A stretch of 61,484 bases of DNA, counting the filler, from Bdellovibrionota bacterium (lineage in GTDB: Bacteria; Bdellovibrionota; Bdellovibrionia; Bdellovibrionales; JAEYZS01), in the NCBI GenBank assembly GCA_963169515.1. It is 6 parts of 6 records of this genome, joined end to end, with 100 filler letters (N's around TTAATTAATTAA, not from the genome) between each part and the next. Parts side by side here need not be neighbours in the genome. Positions count along the whole stretch, not along the records: positions 13,662 to 22,611 come from CAUJEF010000121.1; positions 22,712 to 42,482 come from CAUJEF010000123.1; 4 more parts are not named here. One strand, given 5' to 3'. The translations under genes were made by a program, and so were the position numbers. Every line of letters starts with the position of its first letter. Position 1 is the first letter of the stretch. The notes beneath the pieces are model-generated. The model made no database searches, had not been told where the DNA came from, and worked only from the letters and a program-made list of their open reading frames with translations. Shown here in pieces: positions 17,754-28,486 of the stretch.

Positions 17754-20734
17754 GGACTAAAATCTACAGGGCGGGCGCTGGAGCTGGGAAGACGACCTCG
17801 CTTATTGGAGAAGTGTACGATTTTTACAAGCATCATCGTGCAAGTCACAAGAGATGTCCTCGGGTCGTGTTGACGACATTTACGCGTAAGGCGACGCAAG
17901 AGATGCGCGAACGGTTAATGTTGAAAGCTCAGGAGCTTAAGGATGACGAATTTCTCGAATTTGTTTTATCGAAAAATAATCTGCATATTTCTACAATACA
18001 TGGTGTGCTGCAAATTTTTTTGAAGCAGTACGGGCATATGATCGACCTAGACCCAGGTTTTTCCATAAGTTCTTCAAACGATACATTTCGGTCGGCAAGT
18101 CAAATTATGAAGACAATTTTGGTATCTGAAGAGAGATTTCAAAACGTCTTGGATCATTTTGAATTTAAAAGTCTTGTTCAAAACGGGCTGAGGTTTTTTG
18201 AGCATTTCATGATCAATTCGAACTTGACAGCCCCCCAGATGATAAATTTTCAAATAGTGATGGAAAGTGTGTTCAATGAATTAACAACGGAAGTGCAATT
18301 TGCTGCGGATGATATTTTAAAACAAACTGATGACGTGAAATATGTTGAGGCCGCAAACCATTTGTTGAAGCTAAAGCCTATACTAAATGTATCAAATTGG
18401 ATGGAGAGACGCGAAGAGATTTTGAATCATATTGATGAAATATCTATTCCAAGAAAGAATCCAAAAAATCCAAAAGTTTCAGAAGAGTCTCATGATAAAA
18501 TGAAGTCCGTTGAAAAGGCATTGAGAGAGTTGGAGGATCCCCTCTACTCGCCAATAACGTGGGCGCATCAGGTAGAAAGCCACTTAAAGCTGGAGCAGTT
18601 GTTTAAAGTATTTCATGGTAGATTTTTGGAACACAAATGCAATAGTGGGGAATTGCAAATGTCGGATTTAGAAATCTTTTCACACGCGCTTTTGAAAAGC
18701 AAGCCAGAGGCGCTTACTGATTTTTCTAAACAATGGGACTACTGGCTGATTGATGAGTTCCAAGATACGAGCCCACTGCAAGTCTCTATTTTAGAGAATT
18801 TGATTCGTGCCACGCCCCATTTCATTGTGGGTGATCCACAGCAAAGTATTTATTTTTTTCGGGGCGCGCGGCAGGAAGTGTTTTTCAATAAACAGAAACA
18901 AATAGAAAGTAAAATGGGCATACTTAAGAACCTGTCAGTGAATTACCGTGCAAATCCCAATTTATTGTTATTTAAAAATGAAATGTTTCGCAGTTTAGGC
19001 TTTATGCCTATGACAACAACAAAAACGGCTTCTTTGACAGCAGATCCAGCGGCGTTAATTGTTTCCAATGGAGACCAAATTCAAGAAATCCAATCTATTG
19101 CTTCATATATTTCTGACCTGATTCAACAGGGTGTACGCTGTGAAGAGATTTCTGTGATTTCTCGAAAAAATTCAGATCTAGCGTTAATTGCAGCGGCGCT
19201 TGAGACAAATGGAATTCCATATTTTCTGCATGCAGCAGCAGGATTTGGGGGGCGGCGAGAAATTTTGGATGCTTTGGCGCTTTTAAAGTTTTTAGTGCAT
19301 CCATTTGATAATGAAAACCTTGTGACATTGCTACGGTCTCCATGGTTCCATATTCCAGACGATGTCTTGGCATCTTTTTTAAAAGACAATGAATATTTTT
19401 GGTATCTTTTGTTAAAGGAATTTGAAGAGCATCCAGATAAGTTAGAAAGTGTCGGGCGACTGAAGCTTCTTGTGGAATATTCTAAGTCCGCAGGCATCTC
19501 TCGGGCTTTTGAAAAGGGTCTTTTTAGTTCTGGCTTGCTAGATAAAAGTTTTCAGTATGATCCTTCTGGGCGGAGAGAGGCAAATATTTGGAAGTTACTT
19601 GTTCAGTTGAGAACTGAGGAGCATCGCGCCGGATTCAATTATGTTAATTTTATTAAAAACTTTGATAAAGCGGATGACGCCAGTGACGATCAGTCCGACG
19701 CGGTATCCTCTATAGAGCCAAACCGAGTTAACTTGATGACAGTCCATGTATCAAAGGGTTTGGAATTCCAATATGTTATTTTGCCATTTATTTCTAAATC
19801 TCAACAAATACGCCCCCCTAAAATTGTTATAAGCGAAGGATGTTGGAACATACCCACAAAAACTATTGAAAATCCAAAGCAAGTTTTGCCATTATCCGCA
19901 AGGCTTGAGCTTCAAAAAATTCAAGAAGAAGAGCTGGCTGAAAATAAGCGTTTGCTTTATGTCGCGGCAACTCGAGCAAAAAATCAATTATTTTTTAGTT
20001 ATAGTGGTGAAGCAAAGAAGAACTCATGGTTGAGCTATCTTTCATTTGATTTGAGCGTGGGGATGCATGAAAGAGAAGGGTATAGGTACCTCGTGACGGA
20101 CGGTTATACGGGGAGGGTTCGCATCGATAAAAATGATTCAAGGATAGAGACTCCAAGGCCACTGTTTCAGAATCCGGCAACATGGATTTTAAATGCGTCA
20201 AAGCAGTCAGTTACTCAATTGGTAGAAACAGATTCGATTACTTCTATAGAAACGATACTTCAATCACTAAAAAAGTCTGAGCAAGGTATTCAGATACACC
20301 GACTTTTTGAATTGATTCATTATGAAGGGGAGCAAGAAGCTCTGGATATTGCAAAAAGTTGGTCGGAAGAAACTTTTACTACTTTTTCAAAGGCGCTCCA
20401 GTTTGTTAAAAGGCAAACCAGCGTTCCTTTGTTGAAGCTTGTCGAAACCGGGAATGTAGAATGGGGCTTTATCGTTAAGGGGGACGAAAGGGATATTGAA
20501 GGGCAGGTTGATCTGTGGGGGATTTATAACGAAGAGGTTTGGATCGTAGATTATAAAACAGGAAATCCTAATTTTAAAGAAAAAGCATTTAAGCAGTTAG
20601 AACTATATTCTCTAGCGGTTCAAAAATTTGTGGGTCCTCGCAAAGTGAATCTCTGTGCCATTTTTCCGAACCATGAAGCTGTCGAGGTCCGTCAAAGTCC
20701 TACCCTTAAAGATTTAGAAAAAAAATTTATTTAG
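17729..20734 (+). CDS. addA: AddA-like UvrD helicase-nuclease
   Basis: AGAGAGKT, TFTRKA, IDEFQDTS, VGDPQQSIY, TVHVSKGLE, YVAATRAK, GQVDL..IVDYKTG. Confidence 0.85.
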   Translation: MSGTSPELRTKIYRAGAGAGKTTSLIGEVYDFYKHHRASHKRCPRVVLTTFTRKATQEMRERLMLKAQELKDDEFLEFVLSKNNLHISTIHGVLQIFLKQYGHMIDLDPGFSISSSNDTFRSASQIMKTILVSEERFQNVLDHFEFKSLVQNGLRFFEHFMINSNLTAPQMINFQIVMESVFNELTTEVQFAADDILKQTDDVKYVEAANHLLKLKPILNVSNWMERREEILNHIDEISIPRKNPKNPKVSEESHDKMKSVEKALRELEDPLYSPITWAHQVESHLKLEQLFKVFHGRFLEHKCNSGELQMSDLEIFSHALLKSKPEALTDFSKQWDYWLIDEFQDTSPLQVSILENLIRATPHFIVGDPQQSIYFFRGARQEVFFNKQKQIESKMGILKNLSVNYRANPNLLLFKNEMFRSLGFMPMTTTKTASLTADPAALIVSNGDQIQEIQSIASYISDLIQQGVRCEEISVISRKNSDLALIAAALETNGIPYFLHAAAGFGGRREILDALALLKFLVHPFDNENLVTLLRSPWFHIPDDVLASFLKDNEYFWYLLLKEFEEHPDKLESVGRLKLLVEYSKSAGISRAFEKGLFSSGLLDKSFQYDPSGRREANIWKLLVQLRTEEHRAGFNYVNFIKNFDKADDASDDQSDAVSSIEPNRVNLMTVHVSKGLEFQYVILPFISKSQQIRPPKIVISEGCWNIPTKTIENPKQVLPLSARLELQKIQEEELAENKRLLYVAATRAKNQLFFSYSGEAKKNSWLSYLSFDLSVGMHEREGYRYLVTDGYTGRVRIDKNDSRIETPRPLFQNPATWILNASKQSVTQLVETDSITSIETILQSLKKSEQGIQIHRLFELIHYEGEQEALDIAKSWSEETFTTFSKALQFVKRQTSVPLLKLVETGNVEWGFIVKGDERDIEGQVDLWGIYNEEVWIVDYKTGNPNFKEKAFKQLELYSLAVQKFVGPRKVNLCAIFPNHEAVEVRQSPTLKDLEKKFI

Positions 20735-21281
20735 TTTGATCGTCTTTGCTGTCGCTTCCGTCTGCACGTAGCTCGAAACCAAAACCGAAATACATGGATG
20801 TCCCGGGTGAGACGTTGAACTTCATTAAGATCTTAAACCAAAGATTGTCTGCAATGTGCGCATTAATCCCGCCAGATACATGTCCTCCACCTGCGGCCTT
20901 GTTTTTGGGGGCAGGATCTAGGGCTGTGGCGGGTGGGGTATAAAGATGGGCATCGGCTCCAATTCCTGCTGTCACAACAAGATCGTCTAGTGGAAAATCT
21001 CCACGGACTTCAGCAAAAACATTGTAATATTTTACGCCATGCGCGTTTCCAGCAAGACCACCGAATTCGATAAACCCGCCCCGTGAAGGAATCGCGTACG
21101 AAGCGCCCCACATTGGAATGACTTCCGTCACTCCTTCGATTTGATTTGGAAGGAACGAACCAAGGTGTGCACTCAGGATGTATCCCGGTTTTTTCTTGTC
21201 GTTGTCGTTTTGATTTTCTTGGGCGAATGCAGTTGTGGTGAAAGTGATGCTCAACAAGACGCAGTATCTCAAGTAGTTCAT
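20727..21281 (-). CDS. Small secreted outer-membrane beta-barrel-like protein
   Basis: Signal peptide (..TAFA); about 8 amphipathic strands. Confidence 0.65.
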   Translation of the reverse strand: MNYLRYCVLLSITFTTTAFAQENQNDNDKKKPGYILSAHLGSFLPNQIEGVTEVIPMWGASYAIPSRGGFIEFGGLAGNAHGVKYYNVFAEVRGDFPLDDLVVTAGIGADAHLYTPPATALDPAPKNKAAGGGHVSGGINAHIADNLWFKILMKFNVSPGTSMYFGFGFELRADGSDSKDDQTK

Positions 21282-21360
21282 AAGTTAATTATAGATAGAA
21301 TTGTTGCGCCTTGACCACCTAAAAATATCGAATACCATAGATCAACAGGTACAAAACACT

Positions 21361-22227
21361 ATGATTTCACGCACAGAAGGCTATTTTAAGGGCTATAATG
21401 ATTTCGAACTTTTCTACCAAGCGTGGATTCCGGAGCAAGTCGATTCTACCTTGGTCGTAACCCACGGTTTAGGGGAACATTCTGAATGTTACAATCGCTT
21501 GGCAGAAGCTGTGACTGCGCTTCCGGTTGAAGTGTACACATGGGATTTGCGCGGCCATGGTCGATCTGAGGGTAAGCGAGGGGTTGTTCGCTCACTGTCT
21601 GATTATTGCGAAGATCTGCTTAGTTTCTTGGAACAGATCAAAAAATGTAAGAGAGGTAAAAAAACTTTTCTTTTAGGTCACTCAATGGGTGGTCTAGTGA
21701 ATTCTTTGACCCTCATTAAAAAAGGAGGGCTAGGGCTTTCCGGTGTATGCTTCAGCTCGCCGTTAATGGGTATAGCTGTTGAAGTGCCAAAATTTAAGAA
21801 AAAAGCGGCAACCTATATATCAGAATGGCTTCCGAATATAACTTTGTTTAATGAAATTGCCCACAAGGAGCTTTCGCAGGATAAGGACGTTTTGTATGAA
21901 TATGGTCGAGACCCTTTGAGACACGACCGTATTAATCCACAGCTTTTTTTGGATATGCTTCAGTACACAGACTATGTCAGAAAAAATGCGGATAAAATAG
22001 TGTTGCCTGTGCTTGTTCAACAGGCGGGTCACGATAAAGTTGTTAGCGTTCGAGATACTCGTGAGTTTTTTGAGCGGTTGGGATCGCCGGACAAATCCTA
22101 TAAAGAATATGAGCATTCGTTTCATGAGATTTTTAACGATGTGGAAAGAAAAAAAGTTTTTAACGAATTAAACGAGTGGCTTACTCAACATATGAAAGAA
22201 AAGGCTTATGAAGCAGGAACTCATTGA
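21361..22227 (+). CDS. Lysophospholipase/monoacylglycerol lipase (alpha/beta hydrolase)
   Basis: HGLGEHS, DLRGHGRS, GHSMGG, HEIFND; ATG 21361 follows TTGACC-16-TACCAT. Confidence 0.9.
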   Translation: MISRTEGYFKGYNDFELFYQAWIPEQVDSTLVVTHGLGEHSECYNRLAEAVTALPVEVYTWDLRGHGRSEGKRGVVRSLSDYCEDLLSFLEQIKKCKRGKKTFLLGHSMGGLVNSLTLIKKGGLGLSGVCFSSPLMGIAVEVPKFKKKAATYISEWLPNITLFNEIAHKELSQDKDVLYEYGRDPLRHDRINPQLFLDMLQYTDYVRKNADKIVLPVLVQQAGHDKVVSVRDTREFFERLGSPDKSYKEYEHSFHEIFNDVERKKVFNELNEWLTQHMKEKAYEAGTH

Positions 22228-22611
22228 GCTGATACGTAATCTTTCTTATGAAAAGAGGGAAGTGACCTTGGCATCTGGCCAGAAAAGTGACTTCTATATC
22301 GACCTGAAGCAAACATTGTTGAATGCAAAAGGTATTTCGCTTGTTTCGCAGATGATAACAAAAGAATTGAAAGAATTTGACGGTCATTTAAAAGGTGTGG
22401 GCGGCATGACAATGGGGGCGGACCCGTTGGCAACGTCGGTGTCACTTGCGACTCTGAACTGGAAGCAACCACTTCATGCGTTTTATATTCGGAAAGAGCC
22501 AAAGGGGCACGGAACTGCGCAATGGGTAGAGGGAATAAAAAATTTCAAAGCCAATGATCCAGTGTTTATATTGGAAGATGTGACCAGTACAGGAGGATCT
22601 AGTTTAAAGGC
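22208..22611 (+). CDS. pyrE: Orotate phosphoribosyltransferase (3' truncated)
   Basis: TLASGQKSDFYIDLK, GADP, IRKEPKGHG, ILEDVTSTGGS. Confidence 0.92.
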
Positions 22612-22711
22612 NNNNNNNNNNNNNNNNNNNNNNNNNNNNNNNNNNNNNNNNNNNNTTAATTAATTAANNNNNNNNNNNNNNNNNNNNNNNNNNNNNNNNN
22701 NNNNNNNNNNN
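22612..22711. other. Artificial contig linker
   Basis: N/TTAATTAATTAA/N. Confidence 0.98.
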
Positions 22712-22808
22712 ACCCCTCTTGCTCTAATGCCTTGGTCAAAATAAACAAAATGTCATGGTCATCATCAACAACAAGCAAATGACGATCCTTTGGGACGATC
22801 TTTGACAT
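22712..22808 (-). CDS. Response-regulator receiver protein, N-terminal fragment
   Basis: MSKIVPKDRHLLVVDDDHDILFILTKALEQEG. Confidence 0.75.
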
Positions 22809-22956
22809 TCTATTATGGTATTTCAGGATTTTCGCTTTGAACACTTGGCCTATTTGGATTTAACTGAAAGTCTAGGCATTTTTTGCCGCGGCAAATTGCA
22901 GTAAATAAAGGTCATAGTGTTCGTGACTGCGTTAAGAGAAGTTGGTAATAAACGGT

Positions 22957-25347
22957 ATGGCATACAATCATTTGGAAATCGAAAAAAAATGGCAGCAGGC
23001 GTGGGAAGAAAAAAATGCGTTTAAAACCACTTTGGACGTAAAAAAGCCAAAATATTATGTCCTCGATATGTTCCCATACCCTTCTTCTCAAGGTTTGCAC
23101 GTTGGCCATCCTGAGGGCTACACTGCGACCGATATAGTCGCCCGTTACAAGCGAGCTCAAGGATTCAATGTCTTGCATCCCATGGGCTACGACGCATTTG
23201 GGTTGCCAGCAGAACAGTACGCCATTCAAACTGGGGTCCATCCGGCGATTACAACCGAAAAAGCTATCCAAAATTTCAGACGGCAGCTTCAGTCTTTTGG
23301 TTTTAGTTTTGATTGGAGCCGCGAGATTTCGACATGTGATCCAAAATATTTCAAATGGACACAATGGATTTTTTTAAAGTTATATGAACGAGGTCTCGCC
23401 TATCAAAAAGAGGTTCCTGTAAACTGGTGTCCAGCTCTTAAAACAGTTTTGGCGAACGAGGAAATTGTCGACGGGAAAAGCGAGCGCGGCGGTCATCCAA
23501 TAGTACGTATGCCGATGAAGCAGTGGATGTTGAAAATCACTTCTTATGCCGACCGTTTGCTCGAAGATCTAGATAAAATCGACTGGCCTGATCGCACAAA
23601 AGAAGGTCAACGCAATTGGATCGGCAAAAGCCAAGGAGCACAGATTTTTTTCGACATCGAGGGCTCAAAGGATAAAATTGAAGTCTTTACGACACGACCA
23701 GACACTATTTTTGGCGCGACCTTTATGGTGCTGGCGCCGGAACACCCTCTTTCAAAGTCTGTTTCAAAAAACAAGGTCGAAGTTGAAAAGTATGTGCAAA
23801 AATCCAGTGCAAAAAGTGAAATAGACCGCCAGGCAAGTAAAGACAAGACGGGCGTATTCACAGGGGCGTATGCAATCAACCCATTTACAAAAAAGAAAAT
23901 TCCAGTTTGGATCGCAGATTACGTACTTATGGGGTACGGCACCGGAGCAATCATGGCGGTTCCTGGTCACGATGATCGTGACTATGAATTTGCCAAGGAA
24001 TTTGGGCTTGAAATTATACGCGTCATCAAATCTGCAGAGGATCTTCCTTATATGGGAGATGGCCAGATGGTTAATTCAGATTTCCTCGATGGCATCAACA
24101 CGAAAGAAGATGCCATTACCAAAGCCATTGACCGACTTGAAAAAATGGGACTTGGAAAACGAATGGTTCAGTACAAACTTCGCGACTGGTTATTCAGTCG
24201 TCAGCGCTATTGGGGCGAACCATTTCCACTTGTTCACTTCCCCAAAGGCGAAATCCATACCGTACCCATAAATGAGCTTCCAGTTCTGTTGCCAGATGTA
24301 GCTGACTATGAACCTTCGGAAAAGGCAGAATCGCCATTGGCTAAAAATACAGACTGGCTGAATTACAAAAAAAATGGCCGTCGAGAAACAGATACAATGC
24401 CAGGCTCTGCAGGTTCATCGTGGTATTTTTTACGATATACGGACCCCCACAATGATAAGGAACCTTTTAGCTTCGAATCCCAAAAATATTGGATGCCCGT
24501 CGACCTCTATATTGGTGGCGCAGAACACACCGTGGGCCATCTGCTCTATGCTCGATTTTGGCAAAAAGTTTTATTTGATGCGGGTCTTGTTTCAACCGAC
24601 GAGCCCTTCAAAAAGCTTGTCCACCAAGGAATGATTTTGGGTGAAGACGGCGAAAAAATGTCGAAATCTCGCGGAAATGTAATCAACCCAGATCTTGTTA
24701 TCGAAAAATACGGAGCGGATTCACTGCGTATGTATGAAATGTTTATGGGACCGCTGGACCGAGATAAGCCCTGGTCAGACACTGGAATCGAAGGAATTCG
24801 TCGATTCCTAGACCGCGTTTGGCGTATGTGGATGGATGAAGCCACTGGCAAACCAGTCGCTCTTCAGGATGTGGAACCGTCGCTCCCGGTAAACAAAATG
24901 CTTCACAAGACGATCAAAAAGGTTACCCAAGACATTGAAAATTTAAGCTTTAACACGGCAATCAGCCAAATGATGATTTTAACAAATGACCTTTATAAAA
25001 CAGGCGAACGCCCACGCAAAACGCTTCAAACATTTGCACAAATTCTAATGCCTTTTGCACCACACCTGGCCGAAGAAATGTGGCACACTTGCGGCGGCAT
25101 AGGTTTAGTTTCATTAGCACCCTGGCCCAAATTCGATCCCGCTTTATGCGAGGACGATACCGTTGAAATGGGGGTCCAAGTCCTTGGAAAAACTCGCGGA
25201 AATGTACATCTACCTAAAGACGCATCAGAAGAACTTGCAATGGCAGAGGCAAAAAAGCTTGTACCTGTTCAAAATGCCATTTCGGGCAAAAAGATCGTAA
25301 AGGTAATCTACAAGCCAGGACGAATTTTAAATATTATTGTGCAGTAG
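22957..25347 (+). CDS. leuS: Leucine-tRNA ligase
   Basis: MFPYPS..LHVGH, FTTRPDT, GTGAIMAVPGHD, KMSKS. Confidence 0.98.
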   Translation: MAYNHLEIEKKWQQAWEEKNAFKTTLDVKKPKYYVLDMFPYPSSQGLHVGHPEGYTATDIVARYKRAQGFNVLHPMGYDAFGLPAEQYAIQTGVHPAITTEKAIQNFRRQLQSFGFSFDWSREISTCDPKYFKWTQWIFLKLYERGLAYQKEVPVNWCPALKTVLANEEIVDGKSERGGHPIVRMPMKQWMLKITSYADRLLEDLDKIDWPDRTKEGQRNWIGKSQGAQIFFDIEGSKDKIEVFTTRPDTIFGATFMVLAPEHPLSKSVSKNKVEVEKYVQKSSAKSEIDRQASKDKTGVFTGAYAINPFTKKKIPVWIADYVLMGYGTGAIMAVPGHDDRDYEFAKEFGLEIIRVIKSAEDLPYMGDGQMVNSDFLDGINTKEDAITKAIDRLEKMGLGKRMVQYKLRDWLFSRQRYWGEPFPLVHFPKGEIHTVPINELPVLLPDVADYEPSEKAESPLAKNTDWLNYKKNGRRETDTMPGSAGSSWYFLRYTDPHNDKEPFSFESQKYWMPVDLYIGGAEHTVGHLLYARFWQKVLFDAGLVSTDEPFKKLVHQGMILGEDGEKMSKSRGNVINPDLVIEKYGADSLRMYEMFMGPLDRDKPWSDTGIEGIRRFLDRVWRMWMDEATGKPVALQDVEPSLPVNKMLHKTIKKVTQDIENLSFNTAISQMMILTNDLYKTGERPRKTLQTFAQILMPFAPHLAEEMWHTCGGIGLVSLAPWPKFDPALCEDDTVEMGVQVLGKTRGNVHLPKDASEELAMAEAKKLVPVQNAISGKKIVKVIYKPGRILNIIVQ

Positions 25348-25355
25348 GCACATTA

Positions 25356-25646
25356 TTAAACCAGCGCAGTAAACCACTCAATTTTAACAATTAAGCCATT
25401 TTCGATGACCAGCAGTTCGTCATGCATTTTGAACGAAATGCGGATTGCATTTTCGATTGGGGCCCTAACAACCTTTAAAAACGGTTCATTGCAAAGGGCG
25501 TGAAGTATCCGTTCACGTCCAATTAGCACTTGGGTCCCGCGAACATATACGCACTGCGGATGCAAAAACGCTCCGGCAACCTCCGGGGGGTTTTGGTGTG
25601 TACGGCTACTTGCAAATTGTCGCCCAATTTCGATCAAATTCTCCAC
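25356..25646 (-). CDS. Small hypothetical protein, possibly NTF2/SnoaL-like
   Basis: 95-96 aa; FLHPQCVY...LIGRERI and LLVIENGLIVKIEWF; AAGGG RBS. Confidence 0.5.
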   Translation of the reverse strand: MENLIEIGRQFASSRTHQNPPEVAGAFLHPQCVYVRGTQVLIGRERILHALCNEPFLKVVRAPIENAIRISFKMHDELLVIENGLIVKIEWFTALV

Positions 25647-25835
25647 GAATCCGCCCTTTAGTTTCCAAATGACACTACAACACTAAACGTGGGGGAATTT
25701 CATCAAAAAATTCTTAAAAAAAATGAAAAACAAAAATGGGCCAAAGCTGTAAATTCTTTGTGAAAAAGTATTTTATTGTTGCAATCTGTCGTCAATCTAA
25801 TACATTTCCCCCACTGATCGATATTGAGGAGCAGG

Positions 25836-27836
25836 ATGACAAAGGAAATGGATTTAACCCACGAGAACGTGCGCCAAGAAAACATGCGCGCCCTTAACGG
25901 TAACCGCTTTACAACTGAAATACCAACTCCTGCAACCCCACCGGTGGAAGAATGGAACTCCGAAGAGAGCGCAAAACTTTACGGTATCAATACTTGGGGC
26001 GGGGGTTACTTTCGAATAAATAAAAAAGGTAATGTTTGCGTTACCCCGCAGGGCAAGCTGGGTCCGCAGGTCGATATGCTACAGTTAATGGAAGATCTTT
26101 GTGAACGCGGTATTCGTCCTCCGATCTTAATCCGATTCCCAGACATTATTCGATCTCGTATTCAATTACTCGCTAGCTGCTTTTCCAGTGCGATCGCAGA
26201 ATACGGCTACAAGGGCAAATATCAGGGCGTTTACCCTGTCAAAGTAAATCAACAAAATCACGTTGTTAGCGAAATCATTAAACACGGCAAAATGTCTTCG
26301 TTGGGGCTAGAGTGCGGCAGTAAGCCTGAGCTTTTAATCGGCTTGGGCATGATTGAAGACATGAGCAGCTTAATCGTCTGTAACGGTTTTAAAGACAGCG
26401 AATATATCGAAACAGCGTTGTTATCTCAAAAATTGGGACGAAACACGATCATCGTGGTCGACCGTTTCTGGGAACTAACAGAGATCGTAAAACGCGCTAA
26501 GATTTTAGAAATGAAACCCCGTATCGGCTTCCGCGCAAAACTTGAATCTAAAGGCAGCGGAAAGTGGATCGAAAGCTCAGGCGCACGATCTAAATTTGGC
26601 TTAACACCGCCAGAAATTGTTTCCGGTATTAACCTTTTAAAATCTGAAAATATGTTGGATTCTCTAATTCTTCTTCACTACCACGTGGGATCACAAATTA
26701 ATTCAATTCAAGCTATTAAATCTTCTATCAAGGAAGGCGCTCGTTATTACGTTGAAATGCGCGAACTCGGCGCACCGATTCAATATGTTGACGTTGGCGG
26801 TGGATTGGGCGTTGATTACGATGGAACGGGTAAGGGTTTTAACTCAGTCAATTATGATGAAAAAGAGTACGCAAACGATGTTGTTTCCATCATACAGAGC
26901 GTGTGTGATGAAAAAGATACTCCTCATCCAACACTTGTAACGGAATCCGGGCGCGCTCTTGTTGCCCATCACTCTGTTTTAATCTTCAATGTCCTCGGCG
27001 TGAATGAATTGATTCAAAAGAAAAATGAAATCACCGTTACGGAAGACGATCACGAAGTAATTCACAATTTGTTTGAAATATACGAAAAAATTTCTAACGA
27101 AAACCTACACGAATTTTATCATGATACCCTACAGTTAAAAAATGATACGCATCAGTTGTTTTCGTTTGGCTATATGAACTTGGATCAACGTGCGAAGGCG
27201 GAACGCATCGTTTGGGGCATTTTAACAAAAATGTATCAAATCAGTCAGGGCATGGAAGACGCCGTCGAAATTATGGAAACCCTGAAACAAGAGCTTTCAG
27301 ATACGTACTTTTGCAACTTCTCTGTATTTCAGTCCGTACCGGACTCTTGGGCGGTCGAGCAGCTATTCCCTGTTATGCCGATCCATCGTTTGACAGAGCG
27401 ACCTAATCGCCGTGCAGTTCTTGTCGATCTAACCTGTGATTCGGACGGGAAATTGGATCAGTTTATTGAATATGAAGAAAAAAAGCACGCGCTCGCCCTT
27501 CACGAACATCAGGAAACAAAGCCCTATTTCCTAGGAGCGTTTTTATTGGGTGCATACCAAGAAATTCTGGGCGACCTACATAACCTTTTTGGTGACACTG
27601 ACGCAGTTACAGTCGGTATTAACGAAGTCGGCTACACCATCGAACACGTTGAAGAAGGTGATACAGTTACCGAAGTATTAAGTTACGTGCAGTACAATCG
27701 AGGCGATCTTGTTTCACGTATGCGGAAAGCCACCGAAGAAGGTATCCGCAACAAGAAAATCACGACCCAAGAAGCTCGTCAATTAATGAAGAACTACGAA
27801 GATGGCTTGTCTGGGTACACGTATCTCGAGGAATAG
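25836..27836 (+). CDS. speA: Biosynthetic arginine decarboxylase
   Basis: YPVKVNQ, GLECGSKPEL, HYHVGSQI, DVGGGLGVDYDG, ESGRA, DLTCDSDG. Confidence 0.97.
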   Translation: MTKEMDLTHENVRQENMRALNGNRFTTEIPTPATPPVEEWNSEESAKLYGINTWGGGYFRINKKGNVCVTPQGKLGPQVDMLQLMEDLCERGIRPPILIRFPDIIRSRIQLLASCFSSAIAEYGYKGKYQGVYPVKVNQQNHVVSEIIKHGKMSSLGLECGSKPELLIGLGMIEDMSSLIVCNGFKDSEYIETALLSQKLGRNTIIVVDRFWELTEIVKRAKILEMKPRIGFRAKLESKGSGKWIESSGARSKFGLTPPEIVSGINLLKSENMLDSLILLHYHVGSQINSIQAIKSSIKEGARYYVEMRELGAPIQYVDVGGGLGVDYDGTGKGFNSVNYDEKEYANDVVSIIQSVCDEKDTPHPTLVTESGRALVAHHSVLIFNVLGVNELIQKKNEITVTEDDHEVIHNLFEIYEKISNENLHEFYHDTLQLKNDTHQLFSFGYMNLDQRAKAERIVWGILTKMYQISQGMEDAVEIMETLKQELSDTYFCNFSVFQSVPDSWAVEQLFPVMPIHRLTERPNRRAVLVDLTCDSDGKLDQFIEYEEKKHALALHEHQETKPYFLGAFLLGAYQEILGDLHNLFGDTDAVTVGINEVGYTIEHVEEGDTVTEVLSYVQYNRGDLVSRMRKATEEGIRNKKITTQEARQLMKNYEDGLSGYTYLEE

Positions 27837-27903
27837 ATCCTTTCGACAACATTCAATTTACGATTTCAACTCGGTTATCGTTAGTCAGCGAAACAAAAAA
27901 TTC

Positions 27904-27932
27904 TTGACAATACGTACGTATTTATGTACGCT
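27904..27932 (+). promoter_or_regulatory. Sigma70 promoter with palindromic operator of the Phd-RelE TA operon
   Basis: TTGACA-17-TACGCT; the spacer holds palindrome TACGTACGTA and a second GTACG. Confidence 0.7.
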
Positions 27933-27938
27933 TAATAC

Positions 27939-28193
27939 ATGAAAATGAAAAAAACCATTCCAGCAACTAATCTACGCGAAGAACTTTATGATACCCTAAA
28001 AAAAGTATCTAATGGCGATTCGCTTGTTATCACTCATAAACAAGGTGCCCCTGTGGTTTTATTATCGCAGGATAAGTTAAATAAAATCGAAGAGGAAAAT
28101 GAGGTTTTACGTCAAATCGCGATTGGCGCTACTTCTTCAGAAAAATTTTCTCACGCTGAAATAGTTAAACGACTGAGAAAGATTGTTAAATAG
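27939..28193 (+). CDS. Phd/YefM-family antitoxin
   Basis: IPATNLREELY..LVITHKQG.PVVLLS. Confidence 0.85.
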   Translation: MKMKKTIPATNLREELYDTLKKVSNGDSLVITHKQGAPVVLLSQDKLNKIEEENEVLRQIAIGATSSEKFSHAEIVKRLRKIVK

Positions 28194-28486
28194 TGAAGCG
28201 CTCGATTTTTTGGAAGCGCCCAGCTCTTGAGCGTCTTGAAGAGATCGCTCATTTTATCAAAAAAGATAATCCTGGGCGTGCCTCTTCATTTATAGAAGGG
28301 CTTATTTTAGCCACGGAGCAACTGGAAGACTTTCCTTTTTCTGGCGGCATTGTCCCCGAGAACGCAGCTTTTCGACAAATTGTTTATTCGGGTTATAGGA
28401 TAATTTATTTAATTCCAGATGATTTCGAAGTACATATTATCGCTGTAATTTCGCCGTATATGTCAGGAAAGGAAATCAAAAAATGA
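28193..28486 (+). CDS. RelE/ParE-family toxin
   Basis: IFW...A.ERLEEIAHFIKKDNP..A, LEDFPFSG.IVPE, YRIIY. Confidence 0.88.
   Translation: MKRSIFWKRPALERLEEIAHFIKKDNPGRASSFIEGLILATEQLEDFPFSGGIVPENAAFRQIVYSGYRIIYLIPDDFEVHIIAVISPYMSGKEIKK

Noticed and set aside
15024..20734. Nuclease-helicase pair as a novel defence system
   Set aside because: Motifs and gene order match ordinary AddAB recombination repair.
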